NCBI GenBank assembly: GCA_023264975.1
Contig: JAHFUS010000005.1
Location: 10,771 to 74,770, forward strand
Direction of reading: 5' to 3'
From: Actinomycetes bacterium
GTDB lineage: Bacteria > Actinomycetota > Acidimicrobiia > Acidimicrobiales > GCA-2861595
DNA: 64,000 bases
In this document: piece after piece, positions 37,434-46,248 of the stretch
How the letters are laid out: every line of letters starts with the position of its first letter
Numbering within the stretch: the first letter of the stretch is position 1
Notes under the pieces: generated by a model
Databases searched by the model: none
Seen by the model: the letters and a program-made list of their open reading frames with translations, nothing else
What the model was told of the DNA's origin: nothing
Position numbers and translations under genes: made by a program

Positions 37434-37913
37434 TCAGGCCTCGCGCTCGGCCGCCTGCTTGAGGGCCGCCAGCGTGGTGCGGATGCCCTCCTCCATGTCG
37501 CCACGGCGGTCGGTGACGCCGGTGGTGGCCCGGGTGAGCAGCCGGGCGCCGGCGCCGAGGGCCTTGCGCATCTCGAACGACTCGGTGACGAGCGTGCCCC
37601 CGTCGACCGGTTCGAAGCGGTACCGCCACCAGGTGCCCGGCTTGCCCGTGCCGCCGGTGACGAAGACGAAGCTGCGGCCAGGTTCCGCTTCGGTGACCTC
37701 GCACGTGGTGGACCACTTGGACCGGCCCCGGCGGTTGTAGCCCTTGAACCGGGCGCCGACGACCGGGCCGGTGGCGCCGTCGAGCCATTCGCCCCGCTCG
37801 TTCTCCGGGCTCCAGTCGCCCATGCGCGTCACGTCGGTGACCATCGCCCACAACGTTTCCGGCGCCGCCCGCACGTTGATGCTGCCCTCGCCGGTCCGTC
37901 CGTCGTCGTTCAT
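37434..37913 (-). CDS. SRPBCC (START/polyketide-cyclase-like) family protein
   Basis: 159 aa. Pattern INVRAAPETLWAMVTDVTRMGDWSPE...WSTTCEVTEAEPGRSFVF...WRYRFEP..GGTLVTESFE is typical of SRPBCC ligand-binding proteins. Confidence 0.8.
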   Translation of the reverse strand: MNDDGRTGEGSINVRAAPETLWAMVTDVTRMGDWSPENERGEWLDGATGPVVGARFKGYNRRGRSKWSTTCEVTEAEPGRSFVFVTGGTGKPGTWWRYRFEPVDGGTLVTESFEMRKALGAGARLLTRATTGVTDRRGDMEEGIRTTLAALKQAAEREA

Positions 37914-38031
37914 GGCTTCCTCCGTTGCCGTTCGTCCCCATCATGGCCGACGGTGATTGCTCCGTCGCACCAGCGGGCAGAACGAAGCCCACCGGCGGTC
38001 GCCTCCCCAAGCTCGCGGGCTGACACGCAAA

Positions 38032-38064
38032 CCCGGCGAGGCGACGACTGTCCGCCTCGCCGGG
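38032..38064. repeat. GC-rich hairpin (12 bp stem, 9-nt loop) in the SRPBCC/protease intergenic region
   Basis: CCCGGCGAGGCG-ACGACTGTC-CGCCTCGCCGGG read directly. Confidence 0.85.
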
Positions 38065-38085
38065 GGGACCGGCCTGCCGGCCGAG

Positions 38086-38121
38086 TTCCCGTAGGTACCT
38101 CCGTTCCCGTGGGTACCTCCG
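38086..38121 (+). repeat. 18-bp tandem direct repeat (2 copies, 1 mismatch) upstream of the S8 protease gene
   Basis: TTCCCGTAGGTACCTCCG / TTCCCGTGGGTACCTCCG. Each copy contains the palindrome GGTACC. Ends 48 nt before ATG 38170. Confidence 0.9.
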
Positions 38122-38169
38122 CCGGGTGAGAATGCACACCCTGAATGGGAACCGGCCGACCTCCGGTCG

Positions 38170-41100
38170 ATGAGCGCCGACGATGGAACGGGTGAGCGAT
38201 CTGTGCGACGAGTCCTTCATCTTCACCGCTCACCTGGCGCTGCCCGCCACTGGACGGCGATCACCGCCGGTGTCGTCGCGGCACTTGCCGCCTCCACTGT
38301 GGCGGCCGTGGGAAGCGTGCCGGCCGGCGCTCAGTACGGCGGGAGGGCGACCGGGAAGCCCACAACGGGTCGCCTCTCCGCCCGCCTGGATGCACTGTCC
38401 CGGACGGCGGAGGGACGGGCGCCGAGAGCCGGTGTTCCGGGCTCCGACCTCCCGAGCGGCCGCAGCGGCGGGGTAAGGCGTCTCGACGACGGCAGAGTCG
38501 TCGTCGACGTAGACGTGTACGCCGACCGCATGCACGGGGCTCCAGAAGCGTTGGGCGCCATCGGTGACGTCCTGGCGGTGAGCGACACAAGCCTTCACAC
38601 GGTCACCATGGCGGTGGAGGCCGGCGAGCTCGACCGGCTGGCACAGCGCGACGCGGTCCGCTACGTGAACGAGGTCGTGACACCGGTGCAGCGGGGCTGC
38701 TCCCCCGGGATCTCCGAGGGGGACGGACAACTCAAGGCCGGGCCGGCCCGGTCGACCTACGGTGTCGACGGGACCGGCGTCCGTGTCGGCATCCTGTCGG
38801 ACTCGTTCGACCGGTCGCCCGCCGGTGCCGCCACCAGCCCCACTGCCGACATGGCGGCTGGCGATCTGCCCGGCGCCGCCAACCCGTGCGGCCGCCTCGC
38901 GCCGGTGAGTGTCCTCGCCGACGACGCGGTGGAGACGACCGACCGGCCCAACCAGGACGAGGGCCGGGCCATGGCCCAGATCGTCCACGACCTGGCTCCC
39001 GGCGCCAGCCTGTCGTTCGCCTCCGCAAACGTGAGCGAAACCGCCTTCGCCAACAACATCACCTCGCTCGTCAACGCCGGCGCCAAGGTGATCGTCGACG
39101 ACGTGGGCTACTTCAGCGAGCCCTTCTACCAGGACGGCCCGGTGGCGGTGGCCATCAACAACGCGCGGGCGGCGGGCGTGTCGTATGTCACTGCCGCAGG
39201 CAACGCCAACATCGTGGTCGGCGGTGCCGACGTGGGTTCCTACGAAGCGACGAGCTACCGCCCCACGCCGTGCCCGCCGCTCGTCACGGGCTACCTCGAC
39301 TGCCACTCGTTCACTCCCGCAGGCCCTGGCGACAGCACCTCCCGGATGGTTATCCCGGCCGGCAGGACCGTGACCCTCGATCTCCAGTGGGCGCAGCCGC
39401 GGGGCGGCGTGACCACCGATCTCGATGTTTGCATCCTCAACGCCGCAACTGGTGTGTTGCTGCGGTGCGCGGTAGACGACAACCCCGGCCCCGGCGGCAG
39501 CCAGCGTCCCTTCGAGCTGGCGTCGTACAAGAACACCACGGGCAGCTCCCAGGCCGTCGACGTGGTCGTGGCCCGCTACTCCGGCCCTGGTGCCCGGTTC
39601 AAGTGGGTCCACGGCGGCGATGCGCCGTCGAGCGTGGAGTACTCGGTGTCGTCCGGGGGCGACGTCTACGGGCCGACGGTCTTCGGGCACAGCGGAGCGG
39701 AGGGCGCCATCTCGATCGGCGCCGTCCCCTACAGCAACGCCGGCGTGGCGGAGCCGTACTCGTCGCGCGGGCCCGTGACCTACCTCTTCAACCCGGTGCC
39801 GAGCACCGCCGCGCTGGGGTCGCCCCTCGTATTGGCCAAGCCGGACGTCGCCGCGTCGGACTGCGGGCAGACGTCCTTCTTTCCGCCGCTCTCGGCCTCA
39901 CCCCACCGCTTCTGCGGGACCTCCGCCGCCGCACCGCACGCCGCCGGCGTCGTGGCGCTGCTGCTCAACGCCAGCACCACGCTCACGCCGGCGCAGGTTG
40001 CAGCCACGCTGCGGAACACGGCGGCGCCGGTCCCCGGGGCGCCCGCTTCGGCCGTCGGCACCGGACTGATCGATGCAGCCGCAGCGGTCGCATCTCTCGG
40101 CGTGCCGGTGAGCGACGTGTCGGCTTCGATCGCCGACGCGTCGGTGCTGGAAGGCGGCCCGGGGCTCACGGCCTCGCTGAGCTTCACCGTCACCCTGTCG
40201 GCCCCCAGCGCAGCCACCGTCACCCTCGGGTACGCCACGGCCGACGGGACGGCGACGGCGCCCGGCGACTACTCGTCCACCTCGGGCACGCTCGCCATAG
40301 CGCCCGGGCAGCGCAGCGCCACCATCGTCGTGCCGGTGGTGGGCGACGCCTCCGTCGAGGGGAACGAGACGCTCACCGTGCACCTCGGGAGCCCGGCCGC
40401 CGTCCCGCTGGCCGACGGCGTGGCGACCGGCACCATCGTGGACGACGAGCAGCGCAACGGCTACTGGCTCGTCGCCTCCGACGGTGGCATCTTCGCCTTC
40501 GGTGACGCCAGGTTCCTCGGCTCCACCGGCGCCATCCGCTTGGCCCAGCCCATCGTCGGGATGGCGCCGACCCCCTCCGGAAACGGGTATTGGTTGGTCG
40601 CGTCGGACGGCGGGATCTTCGCCTTCGGCGACGCCAGGTTCCTCGGGTCCACCGGCGCCGTCCGCCTGGCCCAGCCGATCGTCGGGATGGTGCCGACACC
40701 GTCCGGAAAGGGGTACTGGCTGGTCGCCGCCGACGGCGGCATCTTCGCCTTCGGTGACGCCCGGTTCCTCGGGTCCACCGGCGCCCTCAAGCTGAACCGG
40801 CCGATCGTGGCCATGGCGGCCACGCCGTCGGGCAACGGCTACTGGCTGGTCGCGTCGGACGGCGGGATCTTCGCCTTCGGCGACGCCGCCTTCCTCGGCT
40901 CGACGGGAGCCATCCGCCTGGCCCAGCCGATCGTGGGGATGGCGGCCACCCCGTCCGGCAGGGGGTACTGGCTGGTCGCCTCCGACGGCGGCATCTTCGC
41001 CTTCGGCGACGCCAGGTTCCTCGGTTCCACGGGCGCCATCAAGCTCAACCTACCCATCGTCGCCATGGCGCCGACGCGGTCGGGCAACGGCTACTGGCTC

Positions 41101-41211
41101 ACGGCATCCGACGGCGGGATCTTTGCCTTCGGCGGCGCCGCATTCTTCGGCTCGACCGGCGCCATCAAGCTGGCCCGGCCGGTCGTCGGCGTCGGCGTCG
41201 CCCGTCCCTGA
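38170..41211 (+). CDS. Secreted subtilisin-like (S8) serine protease with Calx-beta domain and six C-terminal 42-aa repeats
   Basis: 1013 aa. Signal-like ITAGVVAALAASTVAAVGSVPAGA. Catalytic blocks GVRVGILSDSFD, AQIVHDLAPGA and CGTSAAAPHAAGVVALL. Calx-beta-like segment (..YATADGTATAPGDYSSTSGTLAIAPGQRSATIVVPVVGD..). Repeats listed separately. Confidence 0.9.
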   Translation: MSADDGTGERSVRRVLHLHRSPGAARHWTAITAGVVAALAASTVAAVGSVPAGAQYGGRATGKPTTGRLSARLDALSRTAEGRAPRAGVPGSDLPSGRSGGVRRLDDGRVVVDVDVYADRMHGAPEALGAIGDVLAVSDTSLHTVTMAVEAGELDRLAQRDAVRYVNEVVTPVQRGCSPGISEGDGQLKAGPARSTYGVDGTGVRVGILSDSFDRSPAGAATSPTADMAAGDLPGAANPCGRLAPVSVLADDAVETTDRPNQDEGRAMAQIVHDLAPGASLSFASANVSETAFANNITSLVNAGAKVIVDDVGYFSEPFYQDGPVAVAINNARAAGVSYVTAAGNANIVVGGADVGSYEATSYRPTPCPPLVTGYLDCHSFTPAGPGDSTSRMVIPAGRTVTLDLQWAQPRGGVTTDLDVCILNAATGVLLRCAVDDNPGPGGSQRPFELASYKNTTGSSQAVDVVVARYSGPGARFKWVHGGDAPSSVEYSVSSGGDVYGPTVFGHSGAEGAISIGAVPYSNAGVAEPYSSRGPVTYLFNPVPSTAALGSPLVLAKPDVAASDCGQTSFFPPLSASPHRFCGTSAAAPHAAGVVALLLNASTTLTPAQVAATLRNTAAPVPGAPASAVGTGLIDAAAAVASLGVPVSDVSASIADASVLEGGPGLTASLSFTVTLSAPSAATVTLGYATADGTATAPGDYSSTSGTLAIAPGQRSATIVVPVVGDASVEGNETLTVHLGSPAAVPLADGVATGTIVDDEQRNGYWLVASDGGIFAFGDARFLGSTGAIRLAQPIVGMAPTPSGNGYWLVASDGGIFAFGDARFLGSTGAVRLAQPIVGMVPTPSGKGYWLVAADGGIFAFGDARFLGSTGALKLNRPIVAMAATPSGNGYWLVASDGGIFAFGDAAFLGSTGAIRLAQPIVGMAATPSGRGYWLVASDGGIFAFGDARFLGSTGAIKLNLPIVAMAPTRSGNGYWLTASDGGIFAFGGAAFFGSTGAIKLARPVVGVGVARP
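40456..41208 (+). repeat. Six tandem 126-bp coding repeats (42 aa: NGYWLVASDGGIFAFGDARFLGSTGAIRLAQPIVGMAPTPSG)
   Basis: Period of 126 nt seen directly (40456, 40582, 40708, 40834, 40960, 41086). Amino acids are nearly invariant while many third-codon positions differ between copies. Confidence 0.9.
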
Positions 41212-41296
41212 GAGCGCGTCTGCCGGTCGTCAGCGGAGCCCCTGGAGGACAGCCGGAGTCCACACCGTCGATGCGTCGACCACGTCGGCATCCTCC

Positions 41297-42184
41297 CTAC
41301 GTGTTGTCGTACCGGTAGAAGCCGCGCCCGGTCTTGCGGCCGAGCAGCCCGCCGTCCACCATCCGCGACAGCAGCGGGGGCACGGCGTAGAGGGGCTCTT
41401 TGAACTCGTCGTAGAGGGATTGGGCGGCCGCCCTGGTGACGTCGAGGCCGATGAAGTCGGCCAGGGCCAGCGGGCCCATGGGGTGGTTGCACCCGAGCGT
41501 CATGCCGGCGTCCACGTCCTCCGCGGTGGCGAAGCCCGTCTCCACCATGCGGATGGCGGAGACCAAGTAGGGGATGAGGAGTGCGTTGACCACGAAGCCG
41601 GCCCGGTCCTTGGAGATGATCACCCGCTTGTGGAGGACCCCCTCGGCGAACGACTGGGCGGCGAGGACGGCCCCGTCGCTGGTGAGCAGCGACGGGACCA
41701 GCTCCACCAGCTTCAGCACCGGCACGGGGCTGAAGAAGTGCAGCCCGAGGACCTGCTGCGGGCGATCGGTTGCCATGGCCAGGCGCATGATCGGGATGGC
41801 CGACGTGTTGGTGGCCAGCACCGCGTCGTGTGCCGTCACGACCTTGTCGAGGGTGGCGAACACCTCGACCTTGGCCGGCTCGTACTCGGTGACGGCCTCG
41901 ATGACGAGCTGGCGGTCGGCCATTTCCCCGAGGTCCGTGGTGTACCGCAGGCGGGCAACGGCGCCGGCGTGGTCCTCCTCCGAGAGCTTCTGGCGGGCCA
42001 GCCCCTTTCGGAGTGACCCCTCGATGCGGCGGCGGCCGGCGCCCATGGCGTCGGCGTCGACCTCGCGGACGACCACGTCGACACCTGCTTTGGCGCACAC
42101 CTCGGCGATGCCCGAGCCCATGAGGCCGCAGCCCACGACGCCAACGCGCTCGATCGACGTGGTGGTGACCGACGCCGGTGTCAC
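41297..42184 (-). CDS. 3-hydroxyacyl-CoA / 3-hydroxybutyryl-CoA dehydrogenase (copy 1)
   Basis: Trimmed from ORF 41297..42886 to the GTG 42184 start (VTPASVTTTSIERVGVVGCGLMGSGIAEV). NAD fold plus HFFSPVPVLKLVE, DRAGFVVNALL and GCNHPMGPL blocks. 295 aa. Confidence 0.9.
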   Translation of the reverse strand: MTPASVTTTSIERVGVVGCGLMGSGIAEVCAKAGVDVVVREVDADAMGAGRRRIEGSLRKGLARQKLSEEDHAGAVARLRYTTDLGEMADRQLVIEAVTEYEPAKVEVFATLDKVVTAHDAVLATNTSAIPIMRLAMATDRPQQVLGLHFFSPVPVLKLVELVPSLLTSDGAVLAAQSFAEGVLHKRVIISKDRAGFVVNALLIPYLVSAIRMVETGFATAEDVDAGMTLGCNHPMGPLALADFIGLDVTRAAAQSLYDEFKEPLYAVPPLLSRMVDGGLLGRKTGRGFYRYDNT

Positions 42185-42188
42185 TGAT

Positions 42189-42211
42189 GCACCATCCCTT
42201 CGTGATGTCGC
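42189..42211 (-). promoter_or_regulatory. Conserved leader motif/hairpin covering the SD of hbd copy 1 (paralogous to 44966..44988)
   Basis: mRNA sense GCGACATCACGAAGGGATGGTGC, then 4 nt, then GTG start. 19 of its nucleotides are identical to the aceE leader. Confidence 0.45.
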
Positions 42212-42249
42212 ACCAGCGAGTTGCTTGATGGACCGTCCTCCCGGGCCGG

Positions 42250-44961
42250 TCATGCCAGGCGCGACTCGACCGCTTCGGGATCGAGATCGTACCGGGCGAT
42301 GGCGGCGGCGACCTCCTCGGGGTCGGCCGCTCCGGTGGCGGCCAGCCGGGCGAGGACGGCGACCACCAGGTGGGGGGCGTCGGTCTCGAAGTGGCGCCGC
42401 AGGGCGGGACGCGTGTCCGAGCGCCCGTATCCGTCGGTGCCGAGGGTGGTGAGGCCACCGGGGATCCACCCGGCCACCTGGTCGGGGACGGCCTTCATGA
42501 AGTCGGTGATGGCCACCACCGGCCCCTGTGCGGCCGACAGCGCCTCGGACACGTAGGGGCTGCGGGGGGCGTCTGTGGGGTGCAGCCGGTTCCACCGGGT
42601 TGCGGTCAGGGCGTCCTCCCGCAGCGCCTTGTACGACGTCGCGCTCCACAGCTCCGCAGCCACGTCGTGGTCCTCGGCCAGCAGTTCCCGGGCCTCGCGG
42701 GCCGCGCCCTGGGCGGTGCCGCTGAACAGGATGGTCGCCCGCCGCTCCGGTCCCTCCGGTGCCTCGGCGAATTGGTACAGCCCGCGCAGGATGCCGGCGG
42801 TGGCGCCCTCCGGCATGGGGGGCATCGGGTAGTTCTCGTTGTAGAGGGTGAGGTAGTAGAAGACGTCCTCGGGCTCGTCGCCGCACATGCGGGCGATGCC
42901 GTCCTGCACGATGGTGGCCACCTCGTAGGCGAAGGCCGGGTCATAGGCGGCCAGGTTCGGCACGGTGGCGGCCAGGACCAGGCTGTGGCCGTCCTGGTGC
43001 TGGAGCCCTTCGCCGTTCAGGGTCGTGCGGCCGGCGGTGGCGCCCAGAAGGAAGCCACGTCCCCGGAGGTCGCCGAAGGCCCAGATGAGGTCGCCCACCC
43101 GCTGGAACCCGAACATGGAATAGAAGATGTAGAAGGGGATCATGGGCTCGCCCCACGTGGCGTAGCTGGTGCCCGCCGCTGCGAACGACGCCATGGCGCC
43201 CGCCTCGTTGATCCCCTCCTCCAGGATCTGCCCCTGCTTGCTCTCGCGGTACGACAGCTGCATGCCGGAGTCGACCGGCTCGTAACGCTGTCCCGACGGG
43301 GCATAGATCTTCACCTCGTTGAACAGCGGGTCGAGCCCGAAGGTGCGGGCCTCGTCGGGGACGATGGGCACTACCCGCCTACCGATCGTCCTGTCCCGAA
43401 GGAGCGACCGGAGGAGGCCGGCGAAGGCCATGGTGGTGGATACCGACCGGTTGCCCGACCCACCCACAAGGTCGGCGAAGGCGGTCGCGTCCGGCTGGCC
43501 GGACGGGTTCGGGCGCACGACCCGCTTGGGCAAGAACCCTCCGAGCGCGCGGCGGCGCTCGTGCAGGTATGCCTCCTCCGGCGAGCCCTTGGGCAGGCAG
43601 ACATAGGGCGGAAGGTCGCCGGCCAGGGCGTCGTCGGGGACGAGGTCGCCCAGGTTCAGCCGTTGGCACAGCTCGGACAGCTGCGCTCGGGCCATCTTCT
43701 TGATCTGATGGGCCGAGTTGCGGCTCTCGATGCCGGTGCCGAGGCGTGACCCCTTCAACGTCTTGGCCAGGATCACGGTGGGCGACGACTCGTGGTTCGC
43801 CGCCGCGTGGAACGCCGCATAGAGCTTGGCCCGATCGTGGCCGCCGCGGGGGAGGGTGAACACGGGGTCGTCGTCCGGCAGGTGCGCCACCATGCGGGCC
43901 AGGCGGGGGTCGGAGCCGAAGAACCGCTCCCGCACATAGGCGGCCCCTTCGACGGCGTACTTCTGGTACTCGCCGTCGAGGGTGGCGTTCAGCTTATCCA
44001 GCAGGACGCCCTCGACGTCGGCCGCCAGCAGGTCGCTCCAGCGCGAGCCCCACACCACCTTGGCCACGTTCCAGCCTGCGCCCCGGAACACGGCTTCGAG
44101 CTCCTGGATGATCTTGCCGTTGCCCCGCACCGGCCCGTCGAGGCGCTGGAGGTTGCAGTTGACGACGAAGATCAGGTTGTCGAGGTGCTCACGGGCGGCG
44201 ATGGACAGCGCGCCGAGGGTCTCGGGCTCGTCGCATTCGCCGTCGCCGATGAAGCACCACACCCTTGAGGCGCTGGTGTCGACGATGCCGCGGTCCGCCA
44301 GGTACCGGTTGAAGCGGGCCTGGTAAATGGCCGAGATCGGGCCCAGCCCCATCGAGACGGTGGGGAACTCCCAGAAGTCCTTCATGAGCCGGGGGTGGGG
44401 ATAGCTCGACAGGCCGGCGCCGCCGATCTCGCGCCTGAAGTGGTCGAGCTGGTCCTCGCTGAGGCGCCCCTCCAGGAACGCCCGGGCGTAGATGCCCGGC
44501 GAGGCATGGCCCTGGAAGAAGACCTGATCCCCTGGCGTGTCGCCGTCCTTGCCCCTGAAGAAGTGGTTGAAGCCCATCTCGTAGAGGCAGGTGGCCGAGG
44601 CGGGGGTGGAAAGGTGGCCGCCGATGCCCTCGCTCTGGGCGTTGGCGCGGATCACCATGGCCGCCGCGTTCCAGCGCACCATGCCCTCGATGCGCCGCTC
44701 CAGGGCGACGTCGCCCGGGTAGGCGGGCTCGTTGGCGGGCGGGATGCTGTTGACGTACGGGCTGGCGACCGTGGCCGGGAAGCCGACGTCGTTCTCGTTG
44801 GCCCAGTGCAGCAGCCGGCTCAGCACCAGGCGGGCACCGCCGGCGCCGTGGGCGTCCACGACTGCACCGAGCGAGTCGGCCCACTCCTCGGTGAGCCCGG
44901 CGTCGGCCTCGGGGAGCTGATCGGCGTACCCGCCGTTCAGCTGCAAGCGTGTACCGGTCAC
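42250..44961 (-). CDS. aceE: Pyruvate dehydrogenase E1 component, homodimeric type (AceE)
   Basis: 903 aa. The N-terminal E1 pattern (..TEEWADSLGAVVDAHGAGGARLVLSRLL..), the ThDP-binding region (GDGECDEPE..NLIFVVNCNLQRLDGPVRGN) and the overall length are typical of AceE. GTG start. Confidence 0.95.
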   Translation of the reverse strand: MTGTRLQLNGGYADQLPEADAGLTEEWADSLGAVVDAHGAGGARLVLSRLLHWANENDVGFPATVASPYVNSIPPANEPAYPGDVALERRIEGMVRWNAAAMVIRANAQSEGIGGHLSTPASATCLYEMGFNHFFRGKDGDTPGDQVFFQGHASPGIYARAFLEGRLSEDQLDHFRREIGGAGLSSYPHPRLMKDFWEFPTVSMGLGPISAIYQARFNRYLADRGIVDTSASRVWCFIGDGECDEPETLGALSIAAREHLDNLIFVVNCNLQRLDGPVRGNGKIIQELEAVFRGAGWNVAKVVWGSRWSDLLAADVEGVLLDKLNATLDGEYQKYAVEGAAYVRERFFGSDPRLARMVAHLPDDDPVFTLPRGGHDRAKLYAAFHAAANHESSPTVILAKTLKGSRLGTGIESRNSAHQIKKMARAQLSELCQRLNLGDLVPDDALAGDLPPYVCLPKGSPEEAYLHERRRALGGFLPKRVVRPNPSGQPDATAFADLVGGSGNRSVSTTMAFAGLLRSLLRDRTIGRRVVPIVPDEARTFGLDPLFNEVKIYAPSGQRYEPVDSGMQLSYRESKQGQILEEGINEAGAMASFAAAGTSYATWGEPMIPFYIFYSMFGFQRVGDLIWAFGDLRGRGFLLGATAGRTTLNGEGLQHQDGHSLVLAATVPNLAAYDPAFAYEVATIVQDGIARMCGDEPEDVFYYLTLYNENYPMPPMPEGATAGILRGLYQFAEAPEGPERRATILFSGTAQGAAREARELLAEDHDVAAELWSATSYKALREDALTATRWNRLHPTDAPRSPYVSEALSAAQGPVVAITDFMKAVPDQVAGWIPGGLTTLGTDGYGRSDTRPALRRHFETDAPHLVVAVLARLAATGAADPEEVAAAIARYDLDPEAVESRLA

Positions 44962-44965
44962 TTTC

Positions 44966-44988
44966 GCACCATCCCTTCGTGATGGCGC
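44966..44988 (-). promoter_or_regulatory. Conserved leader motif/hairpin covering the SD of aceE (paralogous to 42189..42211)
   Basis: mRNA sense GCGCCATCACGAAGGGATGGTGC, then 4 nt, then GTG 44961. GCGCCAUC can pair with GAUGGUGC (8 bp including one G-U), enclosing the loop ACGAAGG. Confidence 0.45.
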
Positions 44989-45025
44989 ACGTGTGCGTTT
45001 CCGGCAGGCCGACCTCGCCGGCCGT

Positions 45026-46210
45026 TCATGAGCTACCCACCTTCACGAGCACTGCCTCGCCCTGGCCGCCGCCGCCGCACAGGGCAGCGGCGCCCAGCCC
45101 GCCACCGCGCCGGCGCAGCTCCTCGGCCAGTGTCATGACGACGCGGGTGCCTGACATGCCGATGGGGTGCCCGAGGGCGATGGCCCCGCCGTTGACGTTC
45201 ACGATGTGGCCGGTGATGCCGAGGTCGGTCATGCTGGCCGCGCTGACGGCCGCGAACGCCTCGTTGATCTCGAACAGGTCGACGTCGGCCGTCGCCCTGC
45301 CCGTCTTCTCCAGGGCGCGCAGGATTGCCCGGCTGGGCTGGGTGAGGAGCGACGGATCGGGCCCGGACACGATCCCGAAGCCGACAAGCTCGGCCGGGTG
45401 TGTGAGGCCCAGCTCGGCCGCCTTGGCCGCGCTGACCACGACCACGGCGGCGGCGCCATCGGAGATCTGCGAGGCGTTGCCGGCCGTGACCGTGCCGTCC
45501 TTGGCGAAGGCGGGCTTGAGCCGGGCCAGCGCGGCCACTGTGGTGTCGGGGCGCACCCCTTCGTCGGTGTCCATCACCAGAGGGTCGCCCCGCTGGGAGA
45601 CGCTGACGGACACGATCTCGGAGGCCAGCCTTCCGTCCTTGATGGCCGCGGCCGCCCGCTCGTGGCTCTTGGCCGCCAGCTCGTCCTGGGCGGTCCGGGA
45701 GATGGACGCTGCCTTCACGTACGCATCGGTGCCGGCACCCATGTGCACGTCGTCGAACGAGCACCACAGGCCGTCGTGCACCAGTGCGTCGACGGCCGTG
45801 ACGTCGCCGAGTCGGAAGCCGGCGCGGGCGCCGGGCAGCAGGTAGGGCGCCCTGCTCATCGACTCCATGCCGCCCGCCACCACGATGTCGGCATCGCCTG
45901 AGCGGATCATCTGGTCGGCCACGTAGATGGCGTGCAACCCGGAGAGGCACACGTTGTTGACGGTCACGGCGGGGACGCCCATGGGAATGCCGCCCCTGGC
46001 CGCCGCTTGGCGAGCCGGGTTCTGGCCCTGGCCGGCCTGCAGGACCTGGCCCATGACGACCTGGTCGACCTGTCCGGGGTCGATGCCGGCGCGGGCCAGG
46101 GCGGCGGCGATGGCGAGACCGCCCAACTCCACGGCCGGGAGGGATGAAAGCGCTCCACCGAGCTTGCCGATGGGCGTGCGGGCGGACCCGGCGAGAAAGG
46201 ATCCCTGCAT
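45026..46210 (-). CDS. Acetyl-CoA acetyltransferase (thiolase II, PhaA-like)
   Basis: Trimmed from ORF 45026..47224 to MQGSFLAGSARTPIGKLGG (GAGGAG 8 nt upstream). Active-site Cys block VNNVCLSGL. C-terminal NVNGGAIALGHPIGMSG and ALCGGGGQG. Confidence 0.95.
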   Translation of the reverse strand: MQGSFLAGSARTPIGKLGGALSSLPAVELGGLAIAAALARAGIDPGQVDQVVMGQVLQAGQGQNPARQAAARGGIPMGVPAVTVNNVCLSGLHAIYVADQMIRSGDADIVVAGGMESMSRAPYLLPGARAGFRLGDVTAVDALVHDGLWCSFDDVHMGAGTDAYVKAASISRTAQDELAAKSHERAAAAIKDGRLASEIVSVSVSQRGDPLVMDTDEGVRPDTTVAALARLKPAFAKDGTVTAGNASQISDGAAAVVVVSAAKAAELGLTHPAELVGFGIVSGPDPSLLTQPSRAILRALEKTGRATADVDLFEINEAFAAVSAASMTDLGITGHIVNVNGGAIALGHPIGMSGTRVVMTLAEELRRRGGGLGAAALCGGGGQGEAVLVKVGSS

Positions 46211-46248
46211 GTTTTCGCTCCTCATTCTAGGGGAAGTCGTGCGTGAGA

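Noticed and set aside
40456-41208. Regular 126-bp periodicity considered as a CRISPR array or non-coding tandem repeat
   Set aside because: There are no unique spacers. The periodicity is an in-frame 42-aa protein repeat inside the S8 protease ORF.
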